From an uncultured Chloroflexia bacterium (lineage in GTDB: Bacteria > Chloroflexota > Limnocylindria > Limnocylindrales > CSP1-4), in contig CAVTHS010000004.1 of NCBI GenBank assembly GCA_963734535.1, positions 128,001 through 192,000 on the forward strand: a DNA stretch of 64,000 nucleotides, in the 5' to 3' direction. The notes beneath the pieces are model-generated. The model was not told where the DNA came from. It saw nothing but the letters and a program-made list of their open reading frames with translations, and searched no databases. The stretch's first letter is position 1. Each line of letters opens with the position of its first letter. Positions 1 through 9,294 of this stretch are shown one piece after another. The translations under genes and the position numbers were made by a program.

Positions 1-1
1 C

Positions 2-1180
2 TTCGTCTCGCCGCACAAGTTCATCGGCGGGCCCGGCACCCCCGGGTTGCTCGTGGCCCGGAAGGCGCTGTTCCGGAACCGCGTCCCGTCCGTGCCGGGC
101 GGCGGGACGGTCGCCTACGTCAACCCGTCCGAGCACCTCTACCTCGCCGACATCGAGCAGCGCGAGGAGGGCGGCACGCCGGCCATCGTCGAATCGATCC
201 GGGCCGGCCTCGTCTTCGGGCTGAAGCAGGCGGTCGGCGTCGAGGCGATCCGTGCGCGCGAGGAGTCGTTCATCCACCGGGCCATCACCCGATGGTCGGC
301 CAACCCGGACCTCGAGATCCTGGGCAACCCGCGCGCCGAGCGGCTCTCGATCGTCTCGTTCGTGGTGCGCCATCGGCGGGGCGACGAGCCAGCCCGCTAC
401 CTTCACCACAACTACCTGGTCGCGCTGCTCAACGATCTCTTCGGGATCCAGGCGCGGGGCGGCTGCTCGTGTGCAGGTCCGTACGGCCACCGGCTGCTCG
501 GGATCGACCTCGAGCACTCGCACGCGTTCGAGCGAGAGATCGCGCGCGGCTGCGAGGGGATCAAGCCCGGCTGGGTGCGGGTGAACTTCAACTACTTCAT
601 CAGCGAGGCAGTCTTCGCGTACGTTCTCGACGCGGTCGACCTGGTGGCATCCGAAGGCTGGCGGCTCCTCCCCGCGTACCGATTCGACCCGGCGAGCGGC
701 TTCTGGAGCCACCGCGGCGGGTCCGTCGAGCCACCGCTGTCGCTCGGCGCCATTCGGTATGACGACGGCGCGATGCGCTATGCCGCGCATCGGCACCGCG
801 AGCCCGAGTCACGCCTGGCCGACTACCTCGCGGAGGCGCGGACGCTCCTGGCCGGCCTGCCGTCGGCGACGCCCGGCGGCGGCACGATGCTCGACGCAGA
901 CTCGCTCGAGGTTGGGGCGGCCCTCGACGGCAACGTGGCGCCCGACAGCGGCGCGGCGGGCAACGGCGACACACTCGATGTCGGCGCCACGCTCGGTGGG
1001 GACGCGACGCTCGACGACGCCCTGGACGTCGGGGCCGACTTCGAGCACCTCCGCTGGTTCTGGCTTCCCTCCGAGGCAGCCGACGAGCTCGCCTGGTCGT
1101 CGCGACCGATGCGAGCGCTCGTCGACGTCGACGATCCGGGGCGCCTCGCAGGGCGCTCGACGCGCGCTGAGCTTCACTGA
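2..1180 (+). CDS. Aminotransferase class V / cysteine desulfurase-like PLP enzyme (5' truncated by window edge)
   Basis: Frame from base 2 reads FVSPHKFIGGPGTPG (PLP-lysine motif SPHK); RGGCSCAGPYGH and KPGWVRVNF motifs typical of this family. Confidence 0.88.
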   Translation, partial: FVSPHKFIGGPGTPGLLVARKALFRNRVPSVPGGGTVAYVNPSEHLYLADIEQREEGGTPAIVESIRAGLVFGLKQAVGVEAIRAREESFIHRAITRWSANPDLEILGNPRAERLSIVSFVVRHRRGDEPARYLHHNYLVALLNDLFGIQARGGCSCAGPYGHRLLGIDLEHSHAFEREIARGCEGIKPGWVRVNFNYFISEAVFAYVLDAVDLVASEGWRLLPAYRFDPASGFWSHRGGSVEPPLSLGAIRYDDGAMRYAAHRHREPESRLADYLAEARTLLAGLPSATPGGGTMLDADSLEVGAALDGNVAPDSGAAGNGDTLDVGATLGGDATLDDALDVGADFEHLRWFWLPSEAADELAWSSRPMRALVDVDDPGRLAGRSTRAELH

Positions 1181-1513
1181 CGACGCGAACGTCGTCTCTC
1201 GTGGGGCCGGCTGGCCGTGCGACGACTCCGCCGAATCAACGGGAGCCGGAGCCCCGGCCGCGCGGTCGATCGAGGCCGCTGCGCCATGCACACGACGACG
1301 ATCGGCTGAGCCGATCAGATTCGGGAGCCAGGAGCGTGGGCGCGCACGAACCTCGGGTTTGCCTGCAACCGGCAGCGTGCCGCGGGCGTCTGATCGCGCC
1401 ATCCGATATCGGGCGCCCGGGCGGCGGGCCGTGTTCGGCTCGGTTTGGCGTGGGTTCGGCCCGGTCGGGCCGGGTAGGTGCGGGCTGCGGGCACATCCCG
1501 AAGTCCGGGTCGA

Positions 1514-1547
1514 GAAGAAGGGCCGCCGGCGCATGCCGACGGCCCTT
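1514..1547 (-). terminator. Intrinsic terminator after acid phosphatase gene
   Basis: AAGGGCCG(T/C)CGGC-loop-GCCG(G/A)CGGCCCTT hairpin followed by CTTCT on minus strand, about 45 nt after stop. Confidence 0.6.
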
Positions 1548-1591
1548 GGGTTGGCGGGACCCGGCGGCCCGCTCGGAGCGGCGATCAAGCG

Positions 1592-3355
1592 CTATTCGTG
1601 CGGGGGGCGGCCCCCCGCGAGCGCCGAGCCGAGGTCATTGACGGCCGCGTCGCGTGTCGAGACGGCCGGCAGCCCGTACCGCTTCTCGATCGTCCGGAGG
1701 ATCGAGGTGGTGTCGTAGACCGTGTGATCCACGCCCGAGCGGGTGAGGCTGCGGGCAACCAGGAGCGTCGGCACGCGGGAGCCAGGGCCGAACTGGTCGG
1801 ACTGGCCGGGCGCCGCACGTGTGCCGAGGCCCGGTGGCGAGACGTGGTCCCACTGCCCGCCGAACTCGTCATACGTCACGACGATGAGGGTATTGCCGGC
1901 CTGTGGGCCGGTCTCGACCGCGTTGATCAGGTCGACCAGGTGGTCGCTGCCGTTCGGCTCGCTCGTGTATCCGGGGTGCTCGTTGTCGATCCCGAGCGGC
2001 TTGACGAAGCTGACCGAGGGCAGCCGTCCAGCCTTCACGGCCGCGAGGAAGTCCTGCTCGTCCTGGAGGTGGCTGCGGCCGGGCTGGCCCGGTGCGTAGC
2101 GTGCGAAGTAGTTGAACGGCTGGTGGTGCGTCTGGAACGACTTGTCGGGGCAGAACGGGAAGCCGCCGGTCGCCGTGCCGACCGTGGCCGCGGGTGCCGA
2201 GTTCGGATCCGCGCAGGTCGGCCCGCTCCCGTTCGTCCAGCCACGCCCGGTCGTGATCCCCGCGGCGTTGTCCCAGCCACCCGAGTACCACGCCCAGCTC
2301 ACGCCGGCGTCGCTCAGCTCGTCGCCGATGGTCATGGCCTTGGTCGTGTCGTCGACCGGCGCCATCTGGGTGCCAAAGACACTGGTCGGCTGGTACGGAG
2401 GCTGGACGGTGTTGACGGCGTAGTTGCCGCAGGCAAAGCCCGTGACCGTCGTCGGGAGCCCGCACGCCTGCGTCAGGTTGCCGTCGACGACGCTCGTGGC
2501 GGGATGGTAGAGCGGGTAGGTGTTGTTCGGGAACCCGCTCGCGTCGAGGACCGCGTGCGTCCCGATTGTCGACGGGAGCGGCGCCGCGGCGATCAGGTAC
2601 TGGTGATTGAGGAACGACCCGCCGAACGCAGCCTGGAAGAAGTTGTCGGCGATGACGTACCTCGGCGCGCCTTTCTGGTGGAGGTAGGCGTAGATGGGCA
2701 GCTTCGTCGTGTCGTAGTAGCCCATCGTCATGGCGGCCGAGTCGCTGCCGGTCACGTACCGGTTCATCTGCCCGCCGTTGAGCTGGTACTGCTCCTGGTA
2801 GAAGCGGTGGACCAGGTCGCGCGTGCATCCGCCGGGATTGCCGGCCGCATCGCCCGCGAGGATCCCGAACGTGAAGCTGAAGAGGTGACCCCGGTCCGGG
2901 CAGGTGGCCGCCGTCGCGGGAATGAACCGGTCGATGTTGTACGGCGCGTTGCCGAAGTGATACGCCGTCGTCGGCTTGCCCGTCCCGAAGGAGAAGGTGG
3001 CGCTGCTACAGTCGGGCGACAGCGGGGGCGACATGAGGTTGACGTCGCTCATCAGCAGGCACTGGTAGGCGCTGCCGTCCTGGGCGACCTGCGTCGTGTG
3101 CGCCGCCGTCGCATCGGCCCGGCCGACCACGTGCTGGCCATTCACCGAACCCCAGTTCCCGTAGAGGTTGTCGAAGCTGTGGTTCTCCTCGTAGATGACC
3201 ACGATGTGCTTGAAGTGGTCCAGCGGGCCGCTCTTCGGGCCTTCCCTCGGGCCGTCCTTGGCGAGGGCAAGCGGTGCGGCCGGCGCGAAGCCCACCGCCA
3301 CGAGCGCCAGCGAGACGAGCACCGAACGCATGGAACGAGCAGGTCGACGTTGCAT
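1592..3355 (-). CDS. acpA: Secreted acid phosphatase / phosphoesterase (AcpA, phospholipase C family)
   Basis: Signal peptide; IYEENHSFDNLYG, DLVHRFYQEQ, FGGSFLNH, TYDEFGGQWDHV, GPGSRVP motifs; purine-rich RBS before ATG 3355. Confidence 0.88.
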   Translation of the reverse strand: MQRRPARSMRSVLVSLALVAVGFAPAAPLALAKDGPREGPKSGPLDHFKHIVVIYEENHSFDNLYGNWGSVNGQHVVGRADATAAHTTQVAQDGSAYQCLLMSDVNLMSPPLSPDCSSATFSFGTGKPTTAYHFGNAPYNIDRFIPATAATCPDRGHLFSFTFGILAGDAAGNPGGCTRDLVHRFYQEQYQLNGGQMNRYVTGSDSAAMTMGYYDTTKLPIYAYLHQKGAPRYVIADNFFQAAFGGSFLNHQYLIAAAPLPSTIGTHAVLDASGFPNNTYPLYHPATSVVDGNLTQACGLPTTVTGFACGNYAVNTVQPPYQPTSVFGTQMAPVDDTTKAMTIGDELSDAGVSWAWYSGGWDNAAGITTGRGWTNGSGPTCADPNSAPAATVGTATGGFPFCPDKSFQTHHQPFNYFARYAPGQPGRSHLQDEQDFLAAVKAGRLPSVSFVKPLGIDNEHPGYTSEPNGSDHLVDLINAVETGPQAGNTLIVVTYDEFGGQWDHVSPPGLGTRAAPGQSDQFGPGSRVPTLLVARSLTRSGVDHTVYDTTSILRTIEKRYGLPAVSTRDAAVNDLGSALAGGRPPHE

Positions 3356-3493
3356 GGGTCCCCCCCTTGACGCTTCATCCAACGGCCGTCGTGGAAGATC
3401 GGAGGGTAGCCCGTGGCGCCGAGGCATGCAAGGCAGCGCGCCGAAGCAAGCTGACTCAGGCGGACTCCCGGTGGCCGCGTCGCAGCACCGGGA

Positions 3494-4624
3494 TCAGGCC
3501 CCGGTGGGAGCCGATGTCGATCGCCGGACCACGAGCTCCACGGGCAGGTCCAGCTCGTCCCGCGCGGGCTCGGCAGCGGGCGCCGCCGCCCGGCCCGCCT
3601 CCGCCGCGCTGGGCACGCCCGGGGCGTCGAGCAGCAGCCGCGCGGCCGCGTAGCCCTTGAGGCGAAGCGGCTGGTGCACGGTCGTGAGCGAAGGGCGGCT
3701 ATGGGACGCGGCGGCGATGTCGTCGAATCCAACCACGGAGAGCTGCTTCGGGACGTCGACCCGCAGCTCCCGCGCGGCAGCGAGGACACCGAGGGCAAGG
3801 CGGTCGCTCATCGCGAGGATCGCGGTCACCGGATCGGAGCCCTCGAGGAGGTGGCGCCCGGCCTGCTCTCCCAGGTCGGCGTTGCTGTGGCCGCATTCGT
3901 AGATCGGTACGTCGTCGGCGGAGAGGCCCGCCTCGCCGAGCGCCGCGAGGTAGCCCTCGAGACGGCGGGTCGAGACATCGAACGTGGATTCGGAGACCCG
4001 GCCGGCGATCCCGGGGCCCGTGTACCCGTCGGGCTTGAACGGCAGGGCGACGATGCCGAAGCGCCGATGCCCCAGCTGGACAAGGTATTGGGCCGCCATG
4101 CGGGCACCCGCCCGGTCGTCCACGCGGACCGTCGGGACCCCGGCCATCCTGGGCTCGTCGACGATGACGACGGGGGCGCCGCGGACCAGCAGCTGCGCGA
4201 GCACAGGGACGTCGCGCGGCAGCGAGTAGGCGATGAACCCGTCGACCGCGACGTCGATGATGTCCCTGGGGTCCCGCGCCCGGATTGCGCCGGGGATGAT
4301 GAGGAGCCCAAGGCGCCGCTCCTCGCACGCGTCGGCGATCCCGCGGATCAGCTCGTTCGTCGTCGGGTCGTCCAGCGCATACGGGAGTGACTCCGGCAGG
4401 ACCAGGCCCAGAGCCCCGGCCCGGCCTGTTCGGAGCATGCGGGCCACCGGGTCCGGCCCGGCGTATCCAGCCGCGCGCGCCGCCTCGAGCACCCGGTCGC
4501 GGAGGTCGGGCGAGAGCTGATCGGGCCGGCTGAACGCGTTGGAGATGGTCGTCTTGGAGACGCCCAGGGATTCGGCGAGGTCCCGCAGCGTCAGCCGGCG
4601 GCGACTCTTCGGTCCCTGGTTCAT
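3494..4624 (-). CDS. LacI-family transcriptional regulator
   Basis: N-terminal HTH TLRDLAESLGVSKTTISNAFSRPDQLS; C-terminal LSVVGFDD..LTTVHQP..ELVVRRST. Confidence 0.93.
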   Translation of the reverse strand: MNQGPKSRRRLTLRDLAESLGVSKTTISNAFSRPDQLSPDLRDRVLEAARAAGYAGPDPVARMLRTGRAGALGLVLPESLPYALDDPTTNELIRGIADACEERRLGLLIIPGAIRARDPRDIIDVAVDGFIAYSLPRDVPVLAQLLVRGAPVVIVDEPRMAGVPTVRVDDRAGARMAAQYLVQLGHRRFGIVALPFKPDGYTGPGIAGRVSESTFDVSTRRLEGYLAALGEAGLSADDVPIYECGHSNADLGEQAGRHLLEGSDPVTAILAMSDRLALGVLAAARELRVDVPKQLSVVGFDDIAAASHSRPSLTTVHQPLRLKGYAAARLLLDAPGVPSAAEAGRAAAPAAEPARDELDLPVELVVRRSTSAPTGA

Positions 4625-4632
4625 GACACACA

Positions 4633-4687
4633 TCTTGACCGATCCAGACCCGTCGCGTACGATGGTCCTGTTCTTGACCGATCCAGA
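4633..4687 (+). promoter_or_regulatory. Sigma70-type promoter (TTGACC-N17-TACGAT) with two identical LacI-type operators
   Basis: TCTTGACCGATCCAGA at 4633-4648 and 4672-4687 (12/16 self-complementary, central CG); -35 at 4635-4640, -10 at 4658-4663. Confidence 0.75.
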
Positions 4688-4723
4688 ACCCAACGCACGC
4701 GATCGGCCGGGACAGGAGACACG

Positions 4724-4972
4724 ATGGACACCCACACCCCAGCGACCGACGCCGACCCCCTGCGCGAGCGCATCAAGCTCGCCTGGAGCAACTACGAGTT
4801 CTGCAACGAGTGCGGCATGCCGATGGTCATCGAGACGCACGGATCGCGGCTGTGGATCGAGTGCAGGACGTTGCGATCCCTGAGCGGACTTCGGCTCTAC
4901 CTCTCGGCGTGCTTGCACGACCGCTTCGCGATCGAACCCTTCGAAGAGGCGGCCGAACAGGCAGCGGCCTGA
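4724..4972 (+). CDS. Small hypothetical protein, putative Zn-ribbon (CxxC...C...CxH)
   Basis: AGGAG RBS, strong upstream promoter, GC3-rich codons, CNEC motif plus WIEC and CLH. Confidence 0.7.
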   Translation: MDTHTPATDADPLRERIKLAWSNYEFCNECGMPMVIETHGSRLWIECRTLRSLSGLRLYLSACLHDRFAIEPFEEAAEQAAA

Positions 4973-5090
4973 TCCTGCTCACCCCGGCCCCGCCATGACT
5001 GGCAGTGCCGCCGCGATCTGGCGGGCCGCGCCGGCCCCGGTGGCAGGGCCGATCTCGAGCGGAGAGGCGCATGGTAGGATGACCGTCCGC

Positions 5091-5165
5091 GCCGACATAG
5101 CTCAGCGGTAGAGCAGCTGTTTCGTAAACAGCAGGTCCTCGGTTCAAATCCGAGTGTCGGCTCCA
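5091..5165 (+). tRNA. tRNA-Thr(CGT)
   Basis: Acceptor GCCGACA/TGTCGGC, D-arm AGCTCAGCGGTAGAGC, anticodon arm GCTGT-TTCGTAA-ACAGC, GGTTCAAATCC T-loop, encoded CCA; extended -10 TGgTAGGAT upstream. Confidence 0.97.
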
Positions 5166-5180
5166 GCGATCTGAAGGTGA

Positions 5181-5210
5181 AAGCCGGCCGTTTGGGGCCG
5201 GCTTCCTGTT
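5181..5210 (+). terminator. Terminator hairpin after tRNA
   Basis: AAGCCGGCC-gtttgg-GGCCGGCTT followed by cctgtt. Confidence 0.6.
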
Positions 5211-5440
5211 GCATCAGTTTGCATGGACCCCGACGGTGACCCTTGGGCGATCAGCCCGACGGATGTGCTCGACATCGGCGAGCCCGCCCACGCAGCGCTC
5301 GCGTCGCCGCCCCCTCGCGCGAGCGCACTGCGATCACGCAGCCGTCAGCTCCTTCGCCACCCCGGAGCTCATGACGGAGGTGGGCCTCCCGCCGGGCCAC
5401 CGACGCGTGGTGTCGCAGGTTCGAAGGGAGTCTGGTCCGG

Positions 5441-7015
5441 TCAGGACACCATCACGAGGATCCGGTGGTGCCCGCGTGCCCCGTCGGGGGCGGGATCGGA
5501 GCGCTGGTCCGTCTGGACGTCCCCGCTTCCGTCCGTGGCGCGGACCTCCAGGTTGTGCGCGCCGGGCGTGGCGGTCCAGGCCAGCGTCCACTGGACCCAG
5601 GTTGCCGTCGAGATCGGCCGGCTGATCCGGGCCGCCTGCCAGGACCCGTCGTCGATCTTCACCTCGACCGCGGTGATCCCGCGGTCGGGCGCCCAGGCGA
5701 CGCCCGCGATGGCAACCACGCCCGCCCGCACCGAGGCACCGTCGGCCGGCACGTCGATCCGTGACTGGGTCAGGATGGGCCCGTCCTTGGCCCAGCCGAG
5801 GGGCACCCAGTAGCCATCGACCGCCTCGCGGGTCGTGAGCTCGATCTCCGAGAGCCACTTGGTCGCCGAGACGTAGCCGTAGAGCCCGGGCACGATGAGG
5901 CGGGCCGGGAAGCCGTGGTTGGTCGGCAGCGGCTGGCGGTTCATGCCGACCGCGATCATCGGCTCCCGCCCGGGCGCCATCGCCCAGGCCGTCGGGAACC
6001 CCACCGTGAAGCCGTCGACCGAGCGCCCCACGATCTGGGTCGCGCCGGGAGCGACGCCTGCGCTCTCCAGCACGTCCTTGAGGCGCACCCCGGTCCACAG
6101 GGCGTTTCCCACCAGGTGGTCGCCGACCCGGTTGCTGACGCAGGCGATCGTGACGTACTGCTCGTAGAGGGGCATCGCGAGCAGCTCGTCGTAGGTGAAC
6201 GTGAGGGGATGCGCGACCATGCCTTTCACGTCCAGCTTCCAGGTGGCGGGGTCCACGCGCGGGACGAGCAGCGTCGTGTCGATCTTGTAGAAGTCGGCGT
6301 TCGGGATCACGAGCGGCGTGATGCCCGGGACCGCCAGCGCCTGGTCGGCCGCGAGCGGAGAAACCGCGAGGAACGGGGCCGGGATCTTCGAGGAGCTCAC
6401 GACCGCGTCGGCATGCTGCACGTCGATGAGCGACCGGCCCACCCCGCCCGCGACGATGACGCCACCGAGCGTGCCTGCGCTCGCGATCAGGAATCGGCGA
6501 CGGTTCCACTCGGGGCTCTCGAAGGCCGTGACCGGGTCGTCGGTGCCGCGCCGGGCGGCGGCGGCGCTCGCGAGCCCGAGCAGGCCCAGCAGCGTGACGA
6601 TGCCCGCGCTCACCGCGACGGCGGCATTGCCCACGGCGAGCGCCTGTGACGCGAGCGGGTCGCGGAGCGCGGCCGCGCCCGCGAGAAGCCCGACCGCCCC
6701 GAACGTGACCACCCCCAGCCAGCGCCGTCGCGCCGCGAGGATGCCGGCGAGGGCGGCGAGCACCAGCGCGACGACGACCACGGCGACGTTGAGGGCGACC
6801 TTGTCGTTGGTCCCGAACAGATTGACCACGAGGTCCTTGGCGCCGGGTGGCTGCAGGCTGATCACCAGCGACCCGATCGCCGCGACCAGGGAGGGCGCGC
6901 CCTGGACCAGGCCCGCGACAAGCTCGGACGCCGCGATCGCCACGCCCGCCGCGAGGGCCCCTGCGACGGCGCCGGGCCAGCGAAAGGAGAGGCGGCGCGC
7001 GTTCGGATTGCTCAT
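5441..7015 (-). CDS. Membrane-anchored molybdopterin oxidoreductase (sulfite oxidase / MsrP-like family) with C-terminal dimerisation domain
   Basis: N-terminal TM helices, internal twin-arginine-like RRRFL, FYKID, IACVSN (Mo-Cys), WTGVRLKDVL, HGFPARLIVPGLYGYVSATKW. Confidence 0.9.
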   Translation of the reverse strand: MSNPNARRLSFRWPGAVAGALAAGVAIAASELVAGLVQGAPSLVAAIGSLVISLQPPGAKDLVVNLFGTNDKVALNVAVVVVALVLAALAGILAARRRWLGVVTFGAVGLLAGAAALRDPLASQALAVGNAAVAVSAGIVTLLGLLGLASAAAARRGTDDPVTAFESPEWNRRRFLIASAGTLGGVIVAGGVGRSLIDVQHADAVVSSSKIPAPFLAVSPLAADQALAVPGITPLVIPNADFYKIDTTLLVPRVDPATWKLDVKGMVAHPLTFTYDELLAMPLYEQYVTIACVSNRVGDHLVGNALWTGVRLKDVLESAGVAPGATQIVGRSVDGFTVGFPTAWAMAPGREPMIAVGMNRQPLPTNHGFPARLIVPGLYGYVSATKWLSEIELTTREAVDGYWVPLGWAKDGPILTQSRIDVPADGASVRAGVVAIAGVAWAPDRGITAVEVKIDDGSWQAARISRPISTATWVQWTLAWTATPGAHNLEVRATDGSGDVQTDQRSDPAPDGARGHHRILVMVS

Positions 7016-7022
7016 GTCCGAC

Positions 7023-7114
7023 ACCGTATCCGCCGCGTGTTACCGGCCGATGACAGGACCTCGGGCTTCGTCGGGTGCGTCTGTCATCAGGCCGTCATCT
7101 ACCGGCCGCAGCCT
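7023..7114. promoter_or_regulatory. Divergent promoters with OmpR/PhoB-type 11-bp direct repeats
   Basis: Minus: GTCAT(7054-7050)-N6-GTAAC(7043-7039)-N10-TACGGT; plus: GTCAT(7083)-N6-GTCAT(7094)-N10-CAGCCT. Confidence 0.65.
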
Positions 7115-7152
7115 GTCGTGCACCCACACCTCAGCGACTGGAGAACGACAAC

Positions 7153-7686
7153 ATGGACTGGCATCCGACCTCACGACTTACTTCGCTTGCCGCCGCCGGG
7201 TTCGCCGTCGCCCTCGTTGCGGGAGCCTGTACGAGCGCCGGCGCAACCTCGTCGCCGAGCCCGGCGATGATCGAATCCAGCCCATCGCCGAGCGGGGCGA
7301 TGATGGAGGAGAGCCCATCGCCGAGCGGGGCGATGATGGAGGAGAGCCCATCGCCCGTCTCCATGGGGACGTTCCACGCCGTCGATGGCACGGCGACCGG
7401 GACCGCGGGCCTCTTCCACCGGCCCGACGGATCCTTCGTCGTAACCTTCGAGAGCTTCTCGATCGAGAGCGCGGCCAACATCAACGTCATCCTCGTCCCC
7501 AACAAGGACGTGAAAGCAGACGGCGACATCGACAAGGCGTCGATCGTCGACCTCGGGCCGCTCAAGGGGACGAGCGGGATGCAGGACTTCGCGGTCCCGG
7601 CTTCCGCCAACGCCATGACCTACCACGCCGTCGTGCTGTGGGACACGCAGATGGCCCACGCGATCGCCGCCGCGCCGCTGCAGTAG
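7153..7686 (+). CDS. DM13-domain lipoprotein with Met-rich Ser/Pro linker
   Basis: GGAG RBS, lipobox LVAGAC, GTFHAVDG..ATGTA, VDLGPLKGTSGMQDF..YHAVVLWD resemble DM13. Confidence 0.75.
   Translation: MDWHPTSRLTSLAAAGFAVALVAGACTSAGATSSPSPAMIESSPSPSGAMMEESPSPSGAMMEESPSPVSMGTFHAVDGTATGTAGLFHRPDGSFVVTFESFSIESAANINVILVPNKDVKADGDIDKASIVDLGPLKGTSGMQDFAVPASANAMTYHAVVLWDTQMAHAIAAAPLQ
7249..7356 (+). repeat. 33-bp coding tandem repeat (SPSPSGAMMEE)
   Basis: Two exact copies of agcccatcgccgagcggggcgatgatggaggag (7279, 7312) with degenerate flanking copies. Confidence 0.85.
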
Positions 7687-7859
7687 GTCCCCGACGCTGA
7701 CCCCGGTCGCCTCGCGATCGTCAGACAGCTCGTGGAGTCGGCAGGCGGCCTCGTCGGCGCCGAGTCCGGCGAAGGCCTGACCGGTCCTGGATCAGCCTGC
7801 CCGGCTGAAATGACACCGCCCCGGAACGGCGCGTCCGGGCCCAGGAGCATCCGGCCGGC

Positions 7860-7891
7860 GTCATCAGGTCGTCATTCGGCGCGCCGAAGAT
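7860..7891 (+). promoter_or_regulatory. OmpR/PhoB-type direct repeat and -10 of leaderless dipZ promoter
   Basis: GTCAT(7860)-N6-GTCAT(7871)-N10-GAAGAT-N6-GTG start. Confidence 0.6.
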
Positions 7892-7897
7892 GTCCCC

Positions 7898-9220
7898 GTG
7901 CTCCTCCTCCTTGTCGGTGCCTTCATCGCCGGGATCGTCACCATCCTTGCCCCCTGCATCGCGCCGGTGGTCCCCCTCGTGCTGGGGGCGGCATCCACCG
8001 GCGGGCGGAGACGGTCCCTCGGTATCCTCTCGGGGTTCGGCCTCGCATTCCTCGCGGTCACGGTCATCCTTGCGTCGGCCCTCGCCGCGACGGGCCTGAC
8101 CACCGATCGCCTTCGGATGGCCAGCGCCGTCTTCCTTGGCCTCGTCGGGTTGACGGTCGCCCTGCCGGGCATCGGATCCCACCTGGGCGAGCGCCTCGCG
8201 CCGCTCGCGAACCTGGCCGACCGCGCGGCGCGCCGACGGCCTGGGGACGGCCTGGCCGGAGGCCTCGTGCTCGGCGGCGCGATCGGAGTCATCTGGGCAC
8301 CGTGTGCGGGCCCGATCATGGCCGGCGTGATCGCCGCAGCGGCCGTTCGCGGTCCCGGCCTGGACACGCTGCTCATCGCGAACGCCTACGTCGCCGGGGT
8401 GGCGCTCCCTCTCACGCTCGTGGCACGCTGGGGCAGCCGGGCGGGGGACGTGGCGAGCGGCGTCGCGCGGGATGGGCGCCTGCGTCGAGTGTTCGGTGTC
8501 TTGATGCTGGCGAGCGCCCTCCTCGTTCTCACCGGCCAGGACGTCGTGGTCGAAGGCAGCCTGGCAGCGTTCCTCCCTGCTGGACTGAGCAGCGCGCTGG
8601 CGCGAGTCGAGGCACAGCCGGAGGTCCAGCGGGAGCTCAACTTGCTCCGAGCCGGTTCGGCGGCGACGGGGGGACCGGGGGGCGCTCCACGTGCCTCGGC
8701 CCCGGGCCCGGGCGGCGCGGCCACCACACTGCCGGCGCCGATCGCGCAGCCCCTGCCCGGGCGCGTCGAGCTCGAAGACCTCGGTCCGGCGCCGGACTTC
8801 ACCGGCATCGAGGCCTGGATCAATTCCACCCCGCTGACGCTGCTCTCGCTGCATGGCAAGGTGGTGCTCGTCGAGTTCTGGACGTTCGCCTGCATCAACT
8901 GCGTCCACGTCCAGCCGTCCATCACGGCCTGGCACGATCGCTATTCGTCCGCCGGCCTTGTCGTGGTTGGCGTCCACACACCCGAGCTGTCGTTCGAGCG
9001 CGAGCTCGGCAACGTGCGCGAGGCGGTCACCAGGGCCGGCATCGATTACCCGATCGCGGTGGATCCCGCGTTCGCGACCTGGAATGCCTACCGGAACAGC
9101 TACTGGCCCGCCATGTACTTCATCGATCGATCCGGCCGCATCCGGCACGCCCACTTCGGCGAGGGCGACTACGACGGCTCCGAGCAGGTGATCCGCGAGT
9201 TGCTTGTCGAACCGTCGTGA
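7898..9220 (+). CDS. dipZ: CcdA/DsbD-thioredoxin fusion (DipZ-like)
   Basis: APCIAPVVP and WAPCAGP Cys motifs in TM domain; C-terminal redoxin FWTFACINC, GVHTPE, YWPAMYFID, HFGEGDY. Confidence 0.88.
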   Translation: MLLLLVGAFIAGIVTILAPCIAPVVPLVLGAASTGGRRRSLGILSGFGLAFLAVTVILASALAATGLTTDRLRMASAVFLGLVGLTVALPGIGSHLGERLAPLANLADRAARRRPGDGLAGGLVLGGAIGVIWAPCAGPIMAGVIAAAAVRGPGLDTLLIANAYVAGVALPLTLVARWGSRAGDVASGVARDGRLRRVFGVLMLASALLVLTGQDVVVEGSLAAFLPAGLSSALARVEAQPEVQRELNLLRAGSAATGGPGGAPRASAPGPGGAATTLPAPIAQPLPGRVELEDLGPAPDFTGIEAWINSTPLTLLSLHGKVVLVEFWTFACINCVHVQPSITAWHDRYSSAGLVVVGVHTPELSFERELGNVREAVTRAGIDYPIAVDPAFATWNAYRNSYWPAMYFIDRSGRIRHAHFGEGDYDGSEQVIRELLVEPS

Positions 9221-9294
9221 CCGTCCGGACATGCTGGCACGCTCCGATTCCAATCCCGACGACTGCACGATTCGCGCCGGTACCGAGGCGCGTG

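Noticed and set aside
1434-1492. GG-periodic short repeat tract
   Set aside because: Irregular, low complexity, no spacers or associated genes.
5091-5165. tRNA-Thr as an island integration site
   Set aside because: No integrase nearby and no duplicate of the tRNA 3' end found in the window.
7249-7356. 33-bp repeats as a CRISPR array
   Set aside because: Contiguous in-frame coding repeats, no spacers, no cas genes.
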